From: Candidatus Omnitrophota bacterium
GTDB lineage: Bacteria > CG03
Direction: 5' to 3'
Length of the DNA: 43,945 nucleotides
NCBI GenBank assembly: GCA_013791745.1
Contig: VMTH01000007.1
Location: 1 to 43,945 of the forward strand
The position numbers and the translations under genes were made by a program. Positions 42,764 to 43,945 of the stretch are shown here, piece after piece. The notes below the pieces were generated by a model. That model had not been told where the DNA came from. It saw nothing but the letters and a program-made list of their open reading frames with translations, and ran no database searches. Numbering within the stretch: the first letter of the stretch is position 1; each line of letters begins with the position of its first letter.

Positions 42764-43945
42764 ATGTGCTACGCGATCCCGGGTAAAATAACAGGCTTTC
42801 AAGGCAAAAAAGTCATAATAGACTACTTCGGCGAGAAACGGTATGCGCACAACGATTTTGTGAAAGTGAAATCCGGCGACTATATATACGCGCAGGGCGG
42901 TTTCGTCATAAATGTCGTTCCCGAAAAAGAAGCCCGGGAAATACTGGAATTCTGGAAAGAAACATTTTTTAAACTCCGGAAAGTGGATCTGAGACTTTCA
43001 AAACTTGAGGGAAAGAGCGACGCATCAAAAAAAACCCGGATAATACTGGATGCGGCGCTGGAAGGAAGAAAAATCAAATTTGAAGAATATCTGCATCTCT
43101 TCTCACTGGAAGATGAGGGAGATAAGGAATACTTATATAAGGTGGCGAATTTCATACGCCAGAAATATCACAAGAATGCCTGCTGCGTGCACGGGATCAT
43201 TGAATTTTCAAACTACTGCGCGAACAATTGCCTTTACTGCGGCATACGAAAAGACAATATATCCCTCCCCCGCTATAGGATGACTGAGAAAGAAATTCTT
43301 GAGACCGTTAAGCTGTCTATTGACACTTACGGTTTCAAAGCGCTGGTTCTTCAAAGCGGAGAAGACCCTGAATGGGACGCCGGCCGTATTGCAAAACTCA
43401 TTAAAAAAATACGCGGTGAAAATGATGTCCTCATCTTCATAAGCGTGGGGGAAGTGGGCAAAGCCGGCTTGAAAAAATTCTATGACGCGGGGGCCCGGGG
43501 CGTACTCATACGCTTTGAGACTTCAAACGAAAATATTTATTCAAAAATCCATCCCGGGGATTCTCTGGAACGGCGCATGAAAGAAATTGAAGAAGCGAAA
43601 AAGATGGGTTTTCTTGTCCTGACAGGAGGCCTCGTAGGTTTCCCCGGCCAGACTGATGAGGATACGGTTAAGGATATTCTTGCCGCCGTAAAACTGGGGC
43701 CGGAAATGTACACTTTCGGCCCTTTTATTCCGCATCCCCAAACGCCTTTTGCGGGAACGCTGTCTCCGCCTCTTGATAAGATACTGAAAACCATCGCCCT
43801 GCTGAGGATAGCTGACCCTATGGGAAAAATCGTTTCAACAACGGCGCTGGAAACTCTCGCGCCTGTAGAAGGAAGGAACAGGGGTTTCATGGCCGGAGCG
43901 AATTCCATGATGCTCAACCTCACCCCCGATAAGTACAGAAAGAAC
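42764..43945 (+). CDS. hydE: Fusion protein: N-terminal HypC/HybG/HupF-like domain + [FeFe]-hydrogenase maturase HydE (radical SAM). The 3' end lies beyond the window.
   Basis: This ORF is not in the track because it has no stop before the window end. I translated it codon by codon from the ATG at 42764. It begins MCYAIPGKITGFQGKKVIIDYFGEKRYAHNDFVKVKSGDYIYAQGGFVINVVPEKEAREILEFW (HypC-like). The linker is KETFFKLRKVDLRLSKLEGKSDASKK. It then reads ...VHGIIEFSNYCANNCLYCGIRKDNISLPRYRMTEKEILE...LVLQSGEDP...GFPGQT...FGPFIPHPQTPF (HydE). The whole frame is 394 codons with no stop. Confidence 0.8.
   Translation, partial: MCYAIPGKITGFQGKKVIIDYFGEKRYAHNDFVKVKSGDYIYAQGGFVINVVPEKEAREILEFWKETFFKLRKVDLRLSKLEGKSDASKKTRIILDAALEGRKIKFEEYLHLFSLEDEGDKEYLYKVANFIRQKYHKNACCVHGIIEFSNYCANNCLYCGIRKDNISLPRYRMTEKEILETVKLSIDTYGFKALVLQSGEDPEWDAGRIAKLIKKIRGENDVLIFISVGEVGKAGLKKFYDAGARGVLIRFETSNENIYSKIHPGDSLERRMKEIEEAKKMGFLVLTGGLVGFPGQTDEDTVKDILAAVKLGPEMYTFGPFIPHPQTPFAGTLSPPLDKILKTIALLRIADPMGKIVSTTALETLAPVEGRNRGFMAGANSMMLNLTPDKYRKN

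Noticed and set aside
1-43945. Mobile elements, CRISPR arrays, tRNA/rRNA genes and prophage or defence islands
   Set aside because: I saw no transposase, integrase or Cas-like ORFs, no regularly spaced repeats, no tRNA-like cloverleaf candidates in the intergenic regions, and no abrupt compositional shifts by eye. The DinG-family helicase stands alone with housekeeping-type neighbours.

Overview
The window looks like a gene-dense (~90% coding) chromosomal segment from an uncultured, strictly anaerobic, diderm bacterium. I saw no rRNA, tRNA, CRISPR array or transposase. Content from start to end: (1) 1-13187, minus strand. One tightly packed carbonyl-branch Wood-Ljungdahl operon: cooC - cooS/acsA - cooF - nuoE-like - nuoF-like - truncated nuoG-like - acsB - acsC - acsV(RACo) - cooC2/acsF - acsD. 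acsD runs off the left edge. The NuoEFG-like flavin/FeS module between acsA and acsB is unusual. (2) 13.4-17.4 kb. A small PUA-like protein, a cyclophilin lipoprotein, a DinG-family helicase and a Spy/CpxP-like periplasmic protein. (3) 17.4-24.8 kb, minus strand. thiM-thiE, a long uridine-kinase-like protein, a fused transketolase, a patatin-like lipase and a D-aminoacylase. (4) 25.0-30.3 kb. A PFOR (nifJ-type) gene, a tRNA-dihydrouridine synthase and a P-loop-less YchF-like protein. (5) 30.3-36.1 kb, minus strand. A three-gene envelope cassette: a 1051-aa Fn3/Ig-rich protein with a T9SS-type C-terminal sorting domain, a translationally coupled PorV-like beta-barrel fused to TPRs, and a TPR-TM-HEAT membrane protein. 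(6) 36.2-41.1 kb. nikR, followed by a promoter overlapped by a GTGTTAC-N13-GTAGCAC palindrome, then an omp-nikK-nikM-nikL-nikQ-nikO nickel ECF uptake operon. (7) 41.3 kb to the end. The [FeFe]-hydrogenase maturase hydG, with a non-canonical C-terminal cysteine motif, followed by an ORF in which a HypC/HupF-like domain is fused in frame to HydE. Two items seem most worth follow-up: the HypC-HydE fusion and the HydBC/Bfu-type module inside the CODH/ACS operon. All calls rest on reading motifs in the supplied translations and in my own translation of the two edge-truncated ORFs. No database search was possible.
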